From the NCBI GenBank assembly GCA_937952265.1, contig CALFYW010000055.1, positions 149,030 through 213,029 on the forward strand: a stretch of DNA of 64,000 nucleotides, in the 5' to 3' direction. This document shows positions 9,211 to 18,320 of the stretch, piece after piece; positions within the stretch are counted from its first letter, which is position 1; each line of letters opens with the position of its first letter. The notes beneath the pieces were generated by a model. That model searched no databases and was not told the DNA's origin. It saw only the letters and a list, made by a program, of their open reading frames with translations. The position numbers and the translations under genes are program-made. The DNA is from an uncultured bacterium (GTDB taxonomy: Bacteria > Patescibacteriota > Minisyncoccia > Phycocordibacterales > GCA-2401445).

Positions 9211-9236
9211 AAAATTGGGCTAAAGTGGAAAGTGGA
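9211..9236. repeat. Copy 2 of the 26-bp direct repeat caaaattgggctaaagtggaaagtgg
   Basis: Identical to 6537-6562. Lies immediately after the stop of the PheRS-like gene. Confidence 0.7.
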
Positions 9237-9254
9237 GATTGGGAGAGCTTCAAA

Positions 9255-10853
9255 CTACTCTGTCGTTTGGAGTTCTACAATGAAAGAAGAACCTTTCCCT
9301 TCCCCTTCCGATTCAGCCCATACTTTACCTTTATGTGCCTCAACAAGTTGGCGCGCAACATAGAGTCCGAGCCCTGTTCCAAGTACATTTACCTTGTTTG
9401 CGTTATATGCCCTGCTGAATTTTTCAAATAACACGGCAATCGTTTCTTTAGACATGCCAATTCCTGTGTCTTTGATCGTAACACGGATTTTCTGCCCCAT
9501 TCGCTTGATAGTTACTACCACTTCCCCATGAGGAGTGTATTTAATTGCATTATCAATCAGATTACCAATCACTTGCTTCATCTTTCCCATATCAGCATGT
9601 ACAAAAAACCTCGATGCTTCAGGTGGGTTAAAGTAGATTTTAATCCCTGCCCGCTTTGCGGTTGGATCGCTCTCTTTTATCACTTCATCGATAAGCTCTT
9701 TCATATCAAAGCGAGAAAAATGAAATTTCATTGTTCCTTGTTCAATACGAGATACGTCCAAAAAATCATTAACCACAAACGTGAGAGAGTTTGCTGATTG
9801 GAAAATACGATTGATAGCTTCCCGTATTTTTTCTTGAGCTATTTCTCCAAACGAGCCCTCGAGGAGGAGCGAAGAATAGCCCTTGATAGCGGTAAGCGGT
9901 GCCCTAATCTGATGTGTTGCAATGGATATGAATTCTGATTTTTGCTTATCCAATTCCCGCAATTTGCTATTGGTAGTTTTCAAATCATCTGCCAAAGACT
10001 CAATCTTCTCTCTTGAGTCTACTTCTCGATAGACCCCCTTTATGAGTAAATAACTAAAGATTGTGATTGCGATAAGAATCAAAGCCTTTATTAAGATGTT
10101 TGTTGGTGATTCTTCAATAAATATTTCAACAAAAAGTACGGTGATAATAATAATTGAAAAAAGCTCTGTAACAAGAACTTTTATATTAAATAAATGGTAT
10201 TTTAAAATAGCGATAAAAATAGCAGAAACTAGAATTACTGAAAATAGAGGACCAACCCATGTGAATTCAAAAATTTTAAATACTGGCAAAATTAAATTTG
10301 TAAAGAGTGCCAAAGAAGAAGAGATTATTAATCCTATAGAGATTAATCTGATCTGATCTTTTGATTTTTGAGATGCGTTTTCGTGTTGTTTTAAAAGTAG
10401 AAGATAAGCACCAAAGAAATAAAATATTACTAAAAGCTGATACAAGGGATATCCATTTTTTAGTTCATAGGTAGCAGTGGTTGCCTCCATCGGAGGAGCA
10501 ATGATTGAGTCAGTTAGGAATAGGAAAAATAACATTACACAAAATGGTATAAGTACAGAAAAATAAAATAATCTTCCGGAGAATATTTTATTAGGGAAAA
10601 TATTAGAAAATAAGAAAACAATTAATCCTGTAAATAACGCTGTCGAGTGTGTCCATGCCAGCCATTCAATGTCTAAAAGATAGCTTCTAGAGTAAAACCC
10701 TACAATGCTTACACACCAACCAGCCACTCCTAGAGATAAAAAACCGAACAAAATATTGAAAGAATTTCTCAGCCCACGTGAGAGAATGATAACAGAAAGT
10801 ATTATGTTTATAACAACAGTTATAAGTAGTAGTGGTATGATGATTTCTTGCAT
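9255..10853 (-). CDS. Sensor histidine kinase with multi-pass N-terminal membrane domain (HisKA + HATPase_c)
   Basis: At least 8 predicted TM helices, then H-box ATHQIRAPLTAIKGY, N-box and G-boxes (DTGIGM...GTGLGLYVARQLVEAH). No response regulator is adjacent in the window. Confidence 0.9.
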   Translation of the reverse strand: MQEIIIPLLLITVVINIILSVIILSRGLRNSFNILFGFLSLGVAGWCVSIVGFYSRSYLLDIEWLAWTHSTALFTGLIVFLFSNIFPNKIFSGRLFYFSVLIPFCVMLFFLFLTDSIIAPPMEATTATYELKNGYPLYQLLVIFYFFGAYLLLLKQHENASQKSKDQIRLISIGLIISSSLALFTNLILPVFKIFEFTWVGPLFSVILVSAIFIAILKYHLFNIKVLVTELFSIIIITVLFVEIFIEESPTNILIKALILIAITIFSYLLIKGVYREVDSREKIESLADDLKTTNSKLRELDKQKSEFISIATHQIRAPLTAIKGYSSLLLEGSFGEIAQEKIREAINRIFQSANSLTFVVNDFLDVSRIEQGTMKFHFSRFDMKELIDEVIKESDPTAKRAGIKIYFNPPEASRFFVHADMGKMKQVIGNLIDNAIKYTPHGEVVVTIKRMGQKIRVTIKDTGIGMSKETIAVLFEKFSRAYNANKVNVLGTGLGLYVARQLVEAHKGKVWAESEGEGKGSSFIVELQTTE

Positions 10854-10857
10854 AAAA

Positions 10858-11562
10858 TTATTTTAAAGCAGTGTTTAGAACAGCTTGCTTGGCGTAAAGA
10901 TATTCAGGTTTGGAAATCTTCTGAAACCCAGCTGATCTTAAGAGTGACTCTTGTTTTTGCGCACTTAGAAAGGCGTAATTTTTATTCCTGTTTTCTTTTC
11001 TTATAAGATAATTGTAATAAAAAATTCTTATAGTAGGAAGAAGTAGTCGTGTTACCTGAATAATAGTTTTTAGGGTTCCATGTTTTTTTCTCATCTTTTT
11101 TAAATGTTCCAGATATATTTTTTTAGGAGAAAATCCGTCTTGTATATTACTAAGAATGATTTTTCCCTTTGGGCGTAAGATTCTGTAGAATTCCAACAAA
11201 ACCATTTTCTGTTTCTCGGAGGAGATTGTGTAAAGTGTATTGTTTGAAATGATTTTATCAAAAGAATTGTCTTTAAAAGGAAGTCTCTTTGTTAAGTCAC
11301 CTAAAATAATTACTGCTTCAGGGTCTTTTTGTTGGTGTAGACGAGTTCCTTGGGGGGAAAAATCAAAAGAGGTGACTTTTGCACGAGTTTCTCTTAATCT
11401 AACAGAGAGATTCCCTGTTCCTGATCCTGCATCTAAAATAAGTTCTCCTTCTTTTGGATCGGCAACGTTTGTTATTTTTTCTATTAATTCCGAATACGGA
11501 ATAAGATTATTTAATAAATCGTAATCTTGAAAATATTTTTCCCAAAATTTTTCAGTTAACAT
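10858..11562 (-). CDS. Class I SAM-dependent methyltransferase
   Basis: Motif I ILDAGSGTGNLS, acidic motif II and motif III. 234 aa. Confidence 0.85.
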   Translation of the reverse strand: MLTEKFWEKYFQDYDLLNNLIPYSELIEKITNVADPKEGELILDAGSGTGNLSVRLRETRAKVTSFDFSPQGTRLHQQKDPEAVIILGDLTKRLPFKDNSFDKIISNNTLYTISSEKQKMVLLEFYRILRPKGKIILSNIQDGFSPKKIYLEHLKKMRKKHGTLKTIIQVTRLLLPTIRIFYYNYLIRKENRNKNYAFLSAQKQESLLRSAGFQKISKPEYLYAKQAVLNTALK

Positions 11563-11574
11563 AAAAGTTCATCC

Positions 11575-12336
11575 TTACTTAATAACTCCAAGCATTCTTA
11601 AGAAATGGGTATAAGGGTTTGATTTCAATCGAAATTCCCTTCCAGAGTTTTCTTTCTCAAAGATCAACTTATTGTCTGTAACTTTTGATAAATATTTTTT
11701 ATATTCTTGGGTTAGAAAGTAGAATGGGGCGACTGTGTCTGTTGGTTGATAGAAATATTTACTAAGTTTTGCATTTTTGGGATACAAAAGTGCGTAATTA
11801 TTTATAGGATGAAGAGGAAATTTTAACTTTTCCATTTTTGTCTCTAGACTATTTTTTAGAAAGAAATAACCTCCCTGTATATTATTTTCCTCGCTGTATT
11901 TCATCAGAGAATCAAGAATAAATAACATTGTTAAGTTTCGAGGTAGGAATTCACCAATTTCCTCATGTGTGGGTTTTATGACAAACCTACTTAATTCAGC
12001 GATTGACCCACTTTTTTTTAGTTCTTTTATTTGATCCGGTTCGTCAAATTTAAAAAATTTTTCAGTTGGTAATGGGTTTGTTTTAATCAAACGAATTGTT
12101 CCAAAAATTTTTTTATTAACACAGGCTATGAAATAAATACAAGAACCGTCTTCATCAAAAGAGTCTTTCTCAGATTCGTCTGGAAAATCTTTCTGATCAA
12201 TATATTCTTTTTTTAAATAGATTTGATATCTTAACCTATGGACACTTTCCTGCTCTTGTTTTTGGTCTGCTATTCCGAAGGTTAGGATATGCTCTTTGTT
12301 TTTTATTTCTAAGGTTAATGATGTGCTGACTTTCAT
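11575..12336 (-). CDS. GNAT-fold N-acyltransferase of the OlsB / N-acyl amino acid synthase family (lyso-aminolipid synthase candidate)
   Basis: N-terminal pattern LRYQIYLKKEYID...DSFDEDGSCIYFIA...IFGTIRLI...IAELSRFVI matches the Acetyltransf_5/OlsB-FeeM family signature. Adjacent to a PlsC-like O-acyltransferase. Confidence 0.6.
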   Translation of the reverse strand: MKVSTSLTLEIKNKEHILTFGIADQKQEQESVHRLRYQIYLKKEYIDQKDFPDESEKDSFDEDGSCIYFIACVNKKIFGTIRLIKTNPLPTEKFFKFDEPDQIKELKKSGSIAELSRFVIKPTHEEIGEFLPRNLTMLFILDSLMKYSEENNIQGGYFFLKNSLETKMEKLKFPLHPINNYALLYPKNAKLSKYFYQPTDTVAPFYFLTQEYKKYLSKVTDNKLIFEKENSGREFRLKSNPYTHFLRMLGVIK

Positions 12337-12354
12337 CTATATATTTTAGTGTTA

Positions 12355-13035
12355 TTACACAGACTTTGTCTCTTTGAGAGAATAAACCGCGTTCATAATT
12401 TTTTCTGCAATTTTGTGTAGGGCTTCAACGGATTGGTTACTATCTTCAGTGAATTCCATTTTTTTACCAAAAGAAACAATGGTCTTTTTTTTACCAGAAT
12501 TTTTTTCTCTCGTGTGGTGAATGTGAACAGGTATGACAGGTGTCTTTGTGTACGTTGCTAGAAACGCAACACCTCCGTGCACAATGGTTGCCCTTTCTGC
12601 TTCTGGTTTATTAAATTTCCCTTCAGGAAAGATACATAAATTATAACCCAATTTAAGAATTTGAATATGGTCTTGAAGCGACCATTTATAATCTTTCTTT
12701 CCAGGGTGTGTCGCGTATCCGCCAACAACCTCAAAGAATTTTCCACCATAAAAATAAGATCGGATGCCAAATCTTTCTGATGATTGGTAATTTTTTTTCG
12801 GAAGCGCGACAAAATAAAATGGAGAGAAACGAGAAAAGATCGGGAGTGCCGCTCGAATAAGGATCGGGTCAAGTTCAGTCGTATGATTGGCAGCAAAAAT
12901 CGCATTGGACCTCATCTCCGAGAGGTTTTCCATCCCCTTTACTTGAAAGCCTCGAGTAAGTGAGATGACTATTTTAGTGGAGATGAAAAAAAAGGGCTGA
13001 AGGAGTAAAGGCATCCAGTATAAAATTTTTTTCAT
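12355..13035 (-). CDS. Lysophospholipid acyltransferase (PlsC family; OlsA-like O-acyltransferase candidate)
   Basis: HX4D motif (NHTTELDP) and FPEG motif (CIFPEGKF). N-terminal membrane anchor. Confidence 0.75.
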   Translation of the reverse strand: MKKILYWMPLLLQPFFFISTKIVISLTRGFQVKGMENLSEMRSNAIFAANHTTELDPILIRAALPIFSRFSPFYFVALPKKNYQSSERFGIRSYFYGGKFFEVVGGYATHPGKKDYKWSLQDHIQILKLGYNLCIFPEGKFNKPEAERATIVHGGVAFLATYTKTPVIPVHIHHTREKNSGKKKTIVSFGKKMEFTEDSNQSVEALHKIAEKIMNAVYSLKETKSV

Positions 13036-13195
13036 AATGTTACTTTCCTATTTTATACCACGTCTCTCACATCCTGAACAGTTCTGGTGCAATATTTAGA
13101 CACCGGAGGCAACTATTTTTTTAACCATTTTCTTTGGCCATATGAATTTTTTTTACCTCTTGTATATCCCACTGTGTTCATTTTTACCGTATGGT

Positions 13196-13804
13196 TCAAA
13201 TTTTAACACAAATTGGAACTGTTAAATCTTTTGGTGAGACGGGAACTGAAAATAAAACCCTCGTCTTTCTATTTGAAACGTACTCTTTATTTGTTTTCTT
13301 TTTGAAATCTGAACCAGAGACAATATGTATATATCCATCTTTAAATTTCGAAGGACCATTAATAAATCCAAGAGAGATCGAAAGTTTAATTGGTCGAGAT
13401 TTGGGAGTATGCACTGAAGCTCCTCCGGACTCTCGAATATCCAAGATTGCCAGAAAGATTGCGTAATTAGGGTCATCTGTTGCGTATACGAGATTCAGTG
13501 ATTCCTTCTTCCCGTCTTGATCTACGGATGTATTTGGTTCCAACATAGTAAGCATGTTCGTCGATCCGTGAAAGAGGATGGTGCTCGATACAAATTTAGG
13601 TAATATGCAATTGTTTTTTTCGCAAAAAACATAGAATCTCTGAAGATGTCTCTTTTGTTGAATATGGAAAAGAAACTCAACCGTGCTTGAAAGTTTATTT
13701 TGTTTTTTGAAATCCTGTAATAAATTTTTGGAGATTAACGTGTTGTTTTGCATAGAGAATATAATATCAGGAAACGAAGACCCTAAAAAGAGAAGGGAAA
13801 GCAT
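13196..13804 (-). CDS. Hypothetical protein (202 aa)
   Basis: ORF only; no family recognised. Confidence 0.45.
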   Translation of the reverse strand: MLSLLFLGSSFPDIIFSMQNNTLISKNLLQDFKKQNKLSSTVEFLFHIQQKRHLQRFYVFCEKNNCILPKFVSSTILFHGSTNMLTMLEPNTSVDQDGKKESLNLVYATDDPNYAIFLAILDIRESGGASVHTPKSRPIKLSISLGFINGPSKFKDGYIHIVSGSDFKKKTNKEYVSNRKTRVLFSVPVSPKDLTVPICVKI

Positions 13805-14028
13805 TTTGCTTTCCCTTCTGTGATTTTAATATGTACTCTTCTGACTAGGTTTTACCGTATTTCCCCCAACCTTTGTCCCACCCTTTCTGCCAGTTCATAA
13901 GATTAGCAGATCGCGGCTCAGAGATTTTTATGTTACTGTCACGTTCTTGTTCTAGATCATAAGCCCTTTGGGAGAGCTCCTCGAGACTTTCTTTTTGTCT
14001 CGCAATTCGTTCCTCCAGTATTTTTTTT

Positions 14029-14394
14029 TCATAAACGGTTCTTTTGATTAGGTATTTTTTGATTCGAGTTCCTGAAGAATGCGCACCAGTATTCATTGAT
14101 AAGTGTTGCATTGGTTTGAATAGCGTGTTGTACAAGACCTTTTTCACGCAAATCTTCAAATGGAATAATGAGTTTCTTGAGATATGCCAGACCGCAAGCC
14201 AAGGGTTCCCCGGCATGCCATATGAGCTCAACACCATTGTCAAGCATGCCTATATCTTGAGCAATCCTTTCTGCTATGTGTAGTGACATTCTCCGATTTT
14301 TATCTCGATCTGGGAGGTAACAGTAACTACAGTTAAGATTGCAGAGTTGAGTTGGCTGCATGACTAGCCGTTCAATAGAAAATTTAATGTTCAC
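14029..14394 (-). pseudogene. Disrupted radical-SAM/SPASM maturase gene (anSME-like); only the N-terminal ~120 aa with intact CxxxCxxC remain in frame
   Basis: Translation QPTQLCNLNCSYCYLPDRD...IWHAGEPLACG...IQTNATLINEYWCAFF tracks the N-terminus of anaerobic sulfatase-maturase-type enzymes. Homology is lost exactly where the frame ends; homologs are about 370 aa. An overlapping ORF, 13845-14243, lies in another frame, and its C-terminus is not radical-SAM-like. Confidence 0.5.
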
Positions 14395-14573
14395 AACAAC
14401 ATCCTTTATGTTAGGAGACTCAAATAACAGATTATTTTAGTTTGTCAATTGATGCATACAAAATCGTTCTGACATAATAATAGTATATATAGAAAAACCA
14501 GTCAATAGTTTGTGGTTTAGATTATTCTAATGTGTTAGAATGAGAATTATTTATTTTAAGAAGTGTATACGAT

Positions 14574-15311
14574 ATGGAATCAGAGAAAAAAGAGAGTTCA
14601 TTATCAGTGCCTATCGCAATTATTGTTTCAGGGATTATTATTGCGGGTGCGGTGTTTTTGACCCGAAACCCGATTGCCTCTGAATTAACGGGCGCGAATG
14701 TGGGCCAAGCAGTTCCTCCGGTTGATGTTCCCGCAATTTCGAGTGATGATCACATTCTAGGTAATCCAGATGCTCCACTCGTATTTATCGAATATTCTGA
14801 TACCGAGTGTCCTTTCTGTAAAGATTTCCATGCCACCATGCTTGAAATCATGGATGAATTTGGTCCTACAGGAGAAGTAGCTTGGGTATATCGACATTTT
14901 CCGCTTGATGAGCTTCATCCAAGGGCTTCACGCGAAGCGGCAGCAACTGAGTGTGCTCGAGAACTTGGAGGTGCGAGTGCTTTTTGGGAGTTCACGAACA
15001 AGCTTTTTGAAATGAAGCCGGTTGAAACGGCAGGATTTGCGCATCTTACTGATCTTGCGGGAGAAGTTGGTGTTGGCGGAGTGGCGTTTGAAACCTGTCT
15101 TTCAAGTGGAAAATATGATGCTCAAATTGAGGAAAGTCGCGCTGAAGCAGAAAGAGCAGGCGGGCAAGGAACTCCATTTACCGTTATCCGTACCGCGGAA
15201 GATGATTTTCCGCTCGGTGGCGCCTATCCATATGAGACCGTTCGTGAAATTGTGGTGTCTTACCTTGAACAACAAAGAACACAAGGAGAGGCTCCCGCAG
15301 TTGTTGAATAG
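14574..15311 (+). CDS. DsbA-family thiol:disulfide oxidoreductase, membrane-anchored
   Basis: N-terminal TM helix. Thioredoxin-fold active site CPFC (YSDTECPFCKDFH). 245 aa. Confidence 0.85.
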   Translation: MESEKKESSLSVPIAIIVSGIIIAGAVFLTRNPIASELTGANVGQAVPPVDVPAISSDDHILGNPDAPLVFIEYSDTECPFCKDFHATMLEIMDEFGPTGEVAWVYRHFPLDELHPRASREAAATECARELGGASAFWEFTNKLFEMKPVETAGFAHLTDLAGEVGVGGVAFETCLSSGKYDAQIEESRAEAERAGGQGTPFTVIRTAEDDFPLGGAYPYETVREIVVSYLEQQRTQGEAPAVVE

Positions 15312-15316
15312 TCTTT

Positions 15317-18304
15317 TTATTTAAGATGCTCGCTCAATTTGCAGAACTCGCAATGGCGATTTGTGCAGTGGGTGTTCCAGAATGAAAGCGTGTAGATATT
15401 CTCTACAATATCTTGCAATTCTCTTTTGAAGGTCGCCACTTGATCCACCGTAATATCAAAAGACTCCTTGCGGTATCGGCCTTTCGCATCAGGCTCAACG
15501 AAATCAATTTCTCCGGTGGTCATGTTAAAACTTCTTCCCGGAAGACTATCGAGTAATAGTTTGTAGAACAACAGTTGTCGAAATATTCCCCCATCTGATG
15601 TTTTAGTCTTACCTAAGATTACATTACGGCTCTTTGGTGTCCCTGTTTTGTAATCAACCACTGTCACGTGGTTCATCTCATCGTGTTCAATTTTGTCGAT
15701 CTTTCCCCTAAGCGGAAGCTCTCTTTTCCCTCCTGGAGCTTTAAAAGAGAGAGTTACCCCATTGACGGTAAATTCATTAAGGATGTTTCGGCTCCAGTGT
15801 AGGTGGTACTGCGCTAGATACCCACCGAGTGAGTGTTTCCCTCGTTTCCGATAAGCTCGCATTTCGTTTTGGGTGAGGTATGTGTTTGAAAGATGTTTTT
15901 GAAATTGAGAAAGGAGATAGTTTTTTGGAGTCGATCTTTTTTGTTGATAGGCATCAAAAAAATCACGTAATGCTGAATGTATTGCTGTTCCGTATTGTTG
16001 GTGCGGTGTCTGAAATCGAGGAATACGCAATAGGTTAGTAAAAAAATACTCCCACGGACATCGCAGAAAATTATTGATTGCGGTAACCGAAATACCTTGT
16101 TCAATGAATTGCTTCTGCAAAAATAGACGTTCCGCTTCTTCTATTTCCTTGGGCTTCCTTTTGCTCTGCGGAGGTTCTCCTAATTCTTTCTGATCCCCTT
16201 CTTCCCGGTATGAGGTCGGAATTTCATCAAGAAAGATTGATGGGAGCAGGAGGCGCCCGTCAGCTGATTGCTCTGCGTGAGTAATGGTTACGGATTCTTC
16301 TGCTCTGGTAAGCGCGACGAAGAATAGGCGTCGCTCATCGTAGAGATCCTCATCATCTGTCTTTTCTGCTGAACCATATATAGGTAACTCGAAAAATGAT
16401 TGTTTGCGTTGGTTACCCCATGTTCCATCAACGAGGTTTGTAATAATGACATGTTTGAATTCAAGCCCTTTTGATTTGTGTGCGGTAAGGAGATGAACTC
16501 GTCCCACCCCATTTTCTACTGACCGTGATTTTAATGAAAGATTGTGAGAGATCGCACCTTCAATATAGTTTAGGAAATCCTTGAGTGTATATGAATGATT
16601 CTGCACCGAGATATTTTTTGCATAAGAAAGCAGGGAGTGCATGAGTGCTATTTTCTCAAACTTCTTTTCATGGGTAAGTAGTTTCGTAATAAACCCTGAA
16701 TCGTAAGCAATATGTTCAATGGTATCGGTAACCCCGTTATTTTTTGCATGACGATGCCACCTTTTAAGTTTCTGGTAAGTTTCGGTAAGCTGTGAGGGTC
16801 TAATAAAGGAACTGTATTGAGGGGAGACATGGTGTAATTGTTGGTAAAGACTCTTTTGTCCACCTTTTTTAGGGCGTAGTAGTTCGTAGATATCTAATTG
16901 TTCTAGGTCTAGAAAATCAAAAAATAATATCTTAGAAAGATAGCTGTCTTCTCCAAAGTATTCTATTGCTCGTAGAAGATCTAAAAATTTTTGAATGTCC
17001 GTATCCTTGAGGAGTTCGTAATCTCGGTGCGCGTAGGTGTCTATTTGATACCGGTTTAGAGTTCGCTCAATTTCATCAAGCTCCCGGTTGTTTCGATAGA
17101 TTATTGCAATCTGAGAAGGAGAAACTCCGTTCTTGAGCATACCCTGAATCTGTTCCACGGTATATGCCAATTCTTCATCGTGTGAAGCGAGCTTCGTGGT
17201 GGTAATCTTTCTTCCTTTTTGATGTTTATACGAACGTAGAGAGATATACGGCGTTCCGTCTTTTTTATTATTGTGTTGGATAACTGCATGTGATGCGTCG
17301 AGTATTGTCTGAGTAGATCGATAGTTTTTCTCAAGAATGATTATTCTCTCTTGGGGGAATCGATTCATAAAGAAAAGGAAATTTTTTAAAGATGCCCCTT
17401 GGAAACGGAAGATCGCCTGTTTTTCATCCCCTACGATAAAAAGGTTTGGTGATTCGTGGAAATTCGTTAAAAGTTCGAGGAGTTCATTTTGAGCTCGGTT
17501 TGCATCTTGATGTTCATCCGCAAGCACGTACTGGAACGTCTCCTGGAGTTCGAGAGAAATCTCCCGATTTTTTCGAAGCAGGCGCACTACCTCAATAATC
17601 ATGTCCTCGTAATCATACCAGTGTTTTTCTTCTAGCTGTGTTTGATAGAGTGAATAGATACGAGCTAATTCTCTACTCGCTTCTATTCTTCGAAGCACTC
17701 GAGCAAATTGCGCTCGAATTTTCCCTTTAAATGCACCGGTATCGTGGTGTAATTGAGGATTATGTTTTATAGCATCCCTTTTTTTGTTTAATAACTTTTT
17801 AAATTGTGGTGGATCAATATCCTCTCTTTTTAATTCTTGTATTGCTTTAAGGATAGGTTTTACGTAGTACCTTGGGTTTCCGGGTGGACGAAGGTTCGTA
17901 TCTTTAAGCGTGCTGAGGCACTGTTCAATAATGCTGATTTGATCTATTTCAGTAATGTGATGGGCGCCAATAATGCGCTTGAAGGCATGTGGAAACCTGC
18001 GGATAATCTCATTTGAAAAACTGTGGAATGTATGAATGTTGATCCGGTATGCAGTCGGGCCGATGTAGGTAAGGAGTTTCTCTCTCATTGAGTGAACTCC
18101 TGACTCAGTAAAGGTCAAGGCAAGAATGTTCCCCGGTTGTGTGTCGGTCCTCTTTAGAATCTCTACGATTCGGAGCGTAAGGATGGTAGTCTTCCCTGTT
18201 CCTGGGCCCGCAATAACCATCACAGGACCCTCAATAGTATCTACTGCTTCCTTTTGTTTTTTATCTAGTTGCTGATACGCTTTTTCAAATTTTTCTCTAC
18301 TCAT
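15317..18304 (-). CDS. UvrD/PcrA-family ATP-dependent DNA helicase fused to a C-terminal PD-(D/E)xK (RecB/Cas4-like) nuclease domain with a Cys cluster
   Basis: Walker A AGPGTGKTT near the N-terminus, then helicase motifs. C-terminal VVDYKTG plus Cys residues (RCPWEYFF...HCTNRHCEFC) are typical of AddB/Cas4-type Fe-S nucleases. 995 aa. Confidence 0.85.
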   Translation of the reverse strand: MSREKFEKAYQQLDKKQKEAVDTIEGPVMVIAGPGTGKTTILTLRIVEILKRTDTQPGNILALTFTESGVHSMREKLLTYIGPTAYRINIHTFHSFSNEIIRRFPHAFKRIIGAHHITEIDQISIIEQCLSTLKDTNLRPPGNPRYYVKPILKAIQELKREDIDPPQFKKLLNKKRDAIKHNPQLHHDTGAFKGKIRAQFARVLRRIEASRELARIYSLYQTQLEEKHWYDYEDMIIEVVRLLRKNREISLELQETFQYVLADEHQDANRAQNELLELLTNFHESPNLFIVGDEKQAIFRFQGASLKNFLFFMNRFPQERIIILEKNYRSTQTILDASHAVIQHNNKKDGTPYISLRSYKHQKGRKITTTKLASHDEELAYTVEQIQGMLKNGVSPSQIAIIYRNNRELDEIERTLNRYQIDTYAHRDYELLKDTDIQKFLDLLRAIEYFGEDSYLSKILFFDFLDLEQLDIYELLRPKKGGQKSLYQQLHHVSPQYSSFIRPSQLTETYQKLKRWHRHAKNNGVTDTIEHIAYDSGFITKLLTHEKKFEKIALMHSLLSYAKNISVQNHSYTLKDFLNYIEGAISHNLSLKSRSVENGVGRVHLLTAHKSKGLEFKHVIITNLVDGTWGNQRKQSFFELPIYGSAEKTDDEDLYDERRLFFVALTRAEESVTITHAEQSADGRLLLPSIFLDEIPTSYREEGDQKELGEPPQSKRKPKEIEEAERLFLQKQFIEQGISVTAINNFLRCPWEYFFTNLLRIPRFQTPHQQYGTAIHSALRDFFDAYQQKRSTPKNYLLSQFQKHLSNTYLTQNEMRAYRKRGKHSLGGYLAQYHLHWSRNILNEFTVNGVTLSFKAPGGKRELPLRGKIDKIEHDEMNHVTVVDYKTGTPKSRNVILGKTKTSDGGIFRQLLFYKLLLDSLPGRSFNMTTGEIDFVEPDAKGRYRKESFDITVDQVATFKRELQDIVENIYTLSFWNTHCTNRHCEFCKLSEHLK

Positions 18305-18320
18305 ATCGAGTAGCAGGAGG

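Noticed and set aside
13845-14243. 132-aa ORF overlapping the radical-SAM fragment
   Set aside because: It overlaps the radical-SAM reading frame in another frame and probably reflects the frameshift. Its coiled-coil-like C-terminus could be a small real protein, but there is no support for that.
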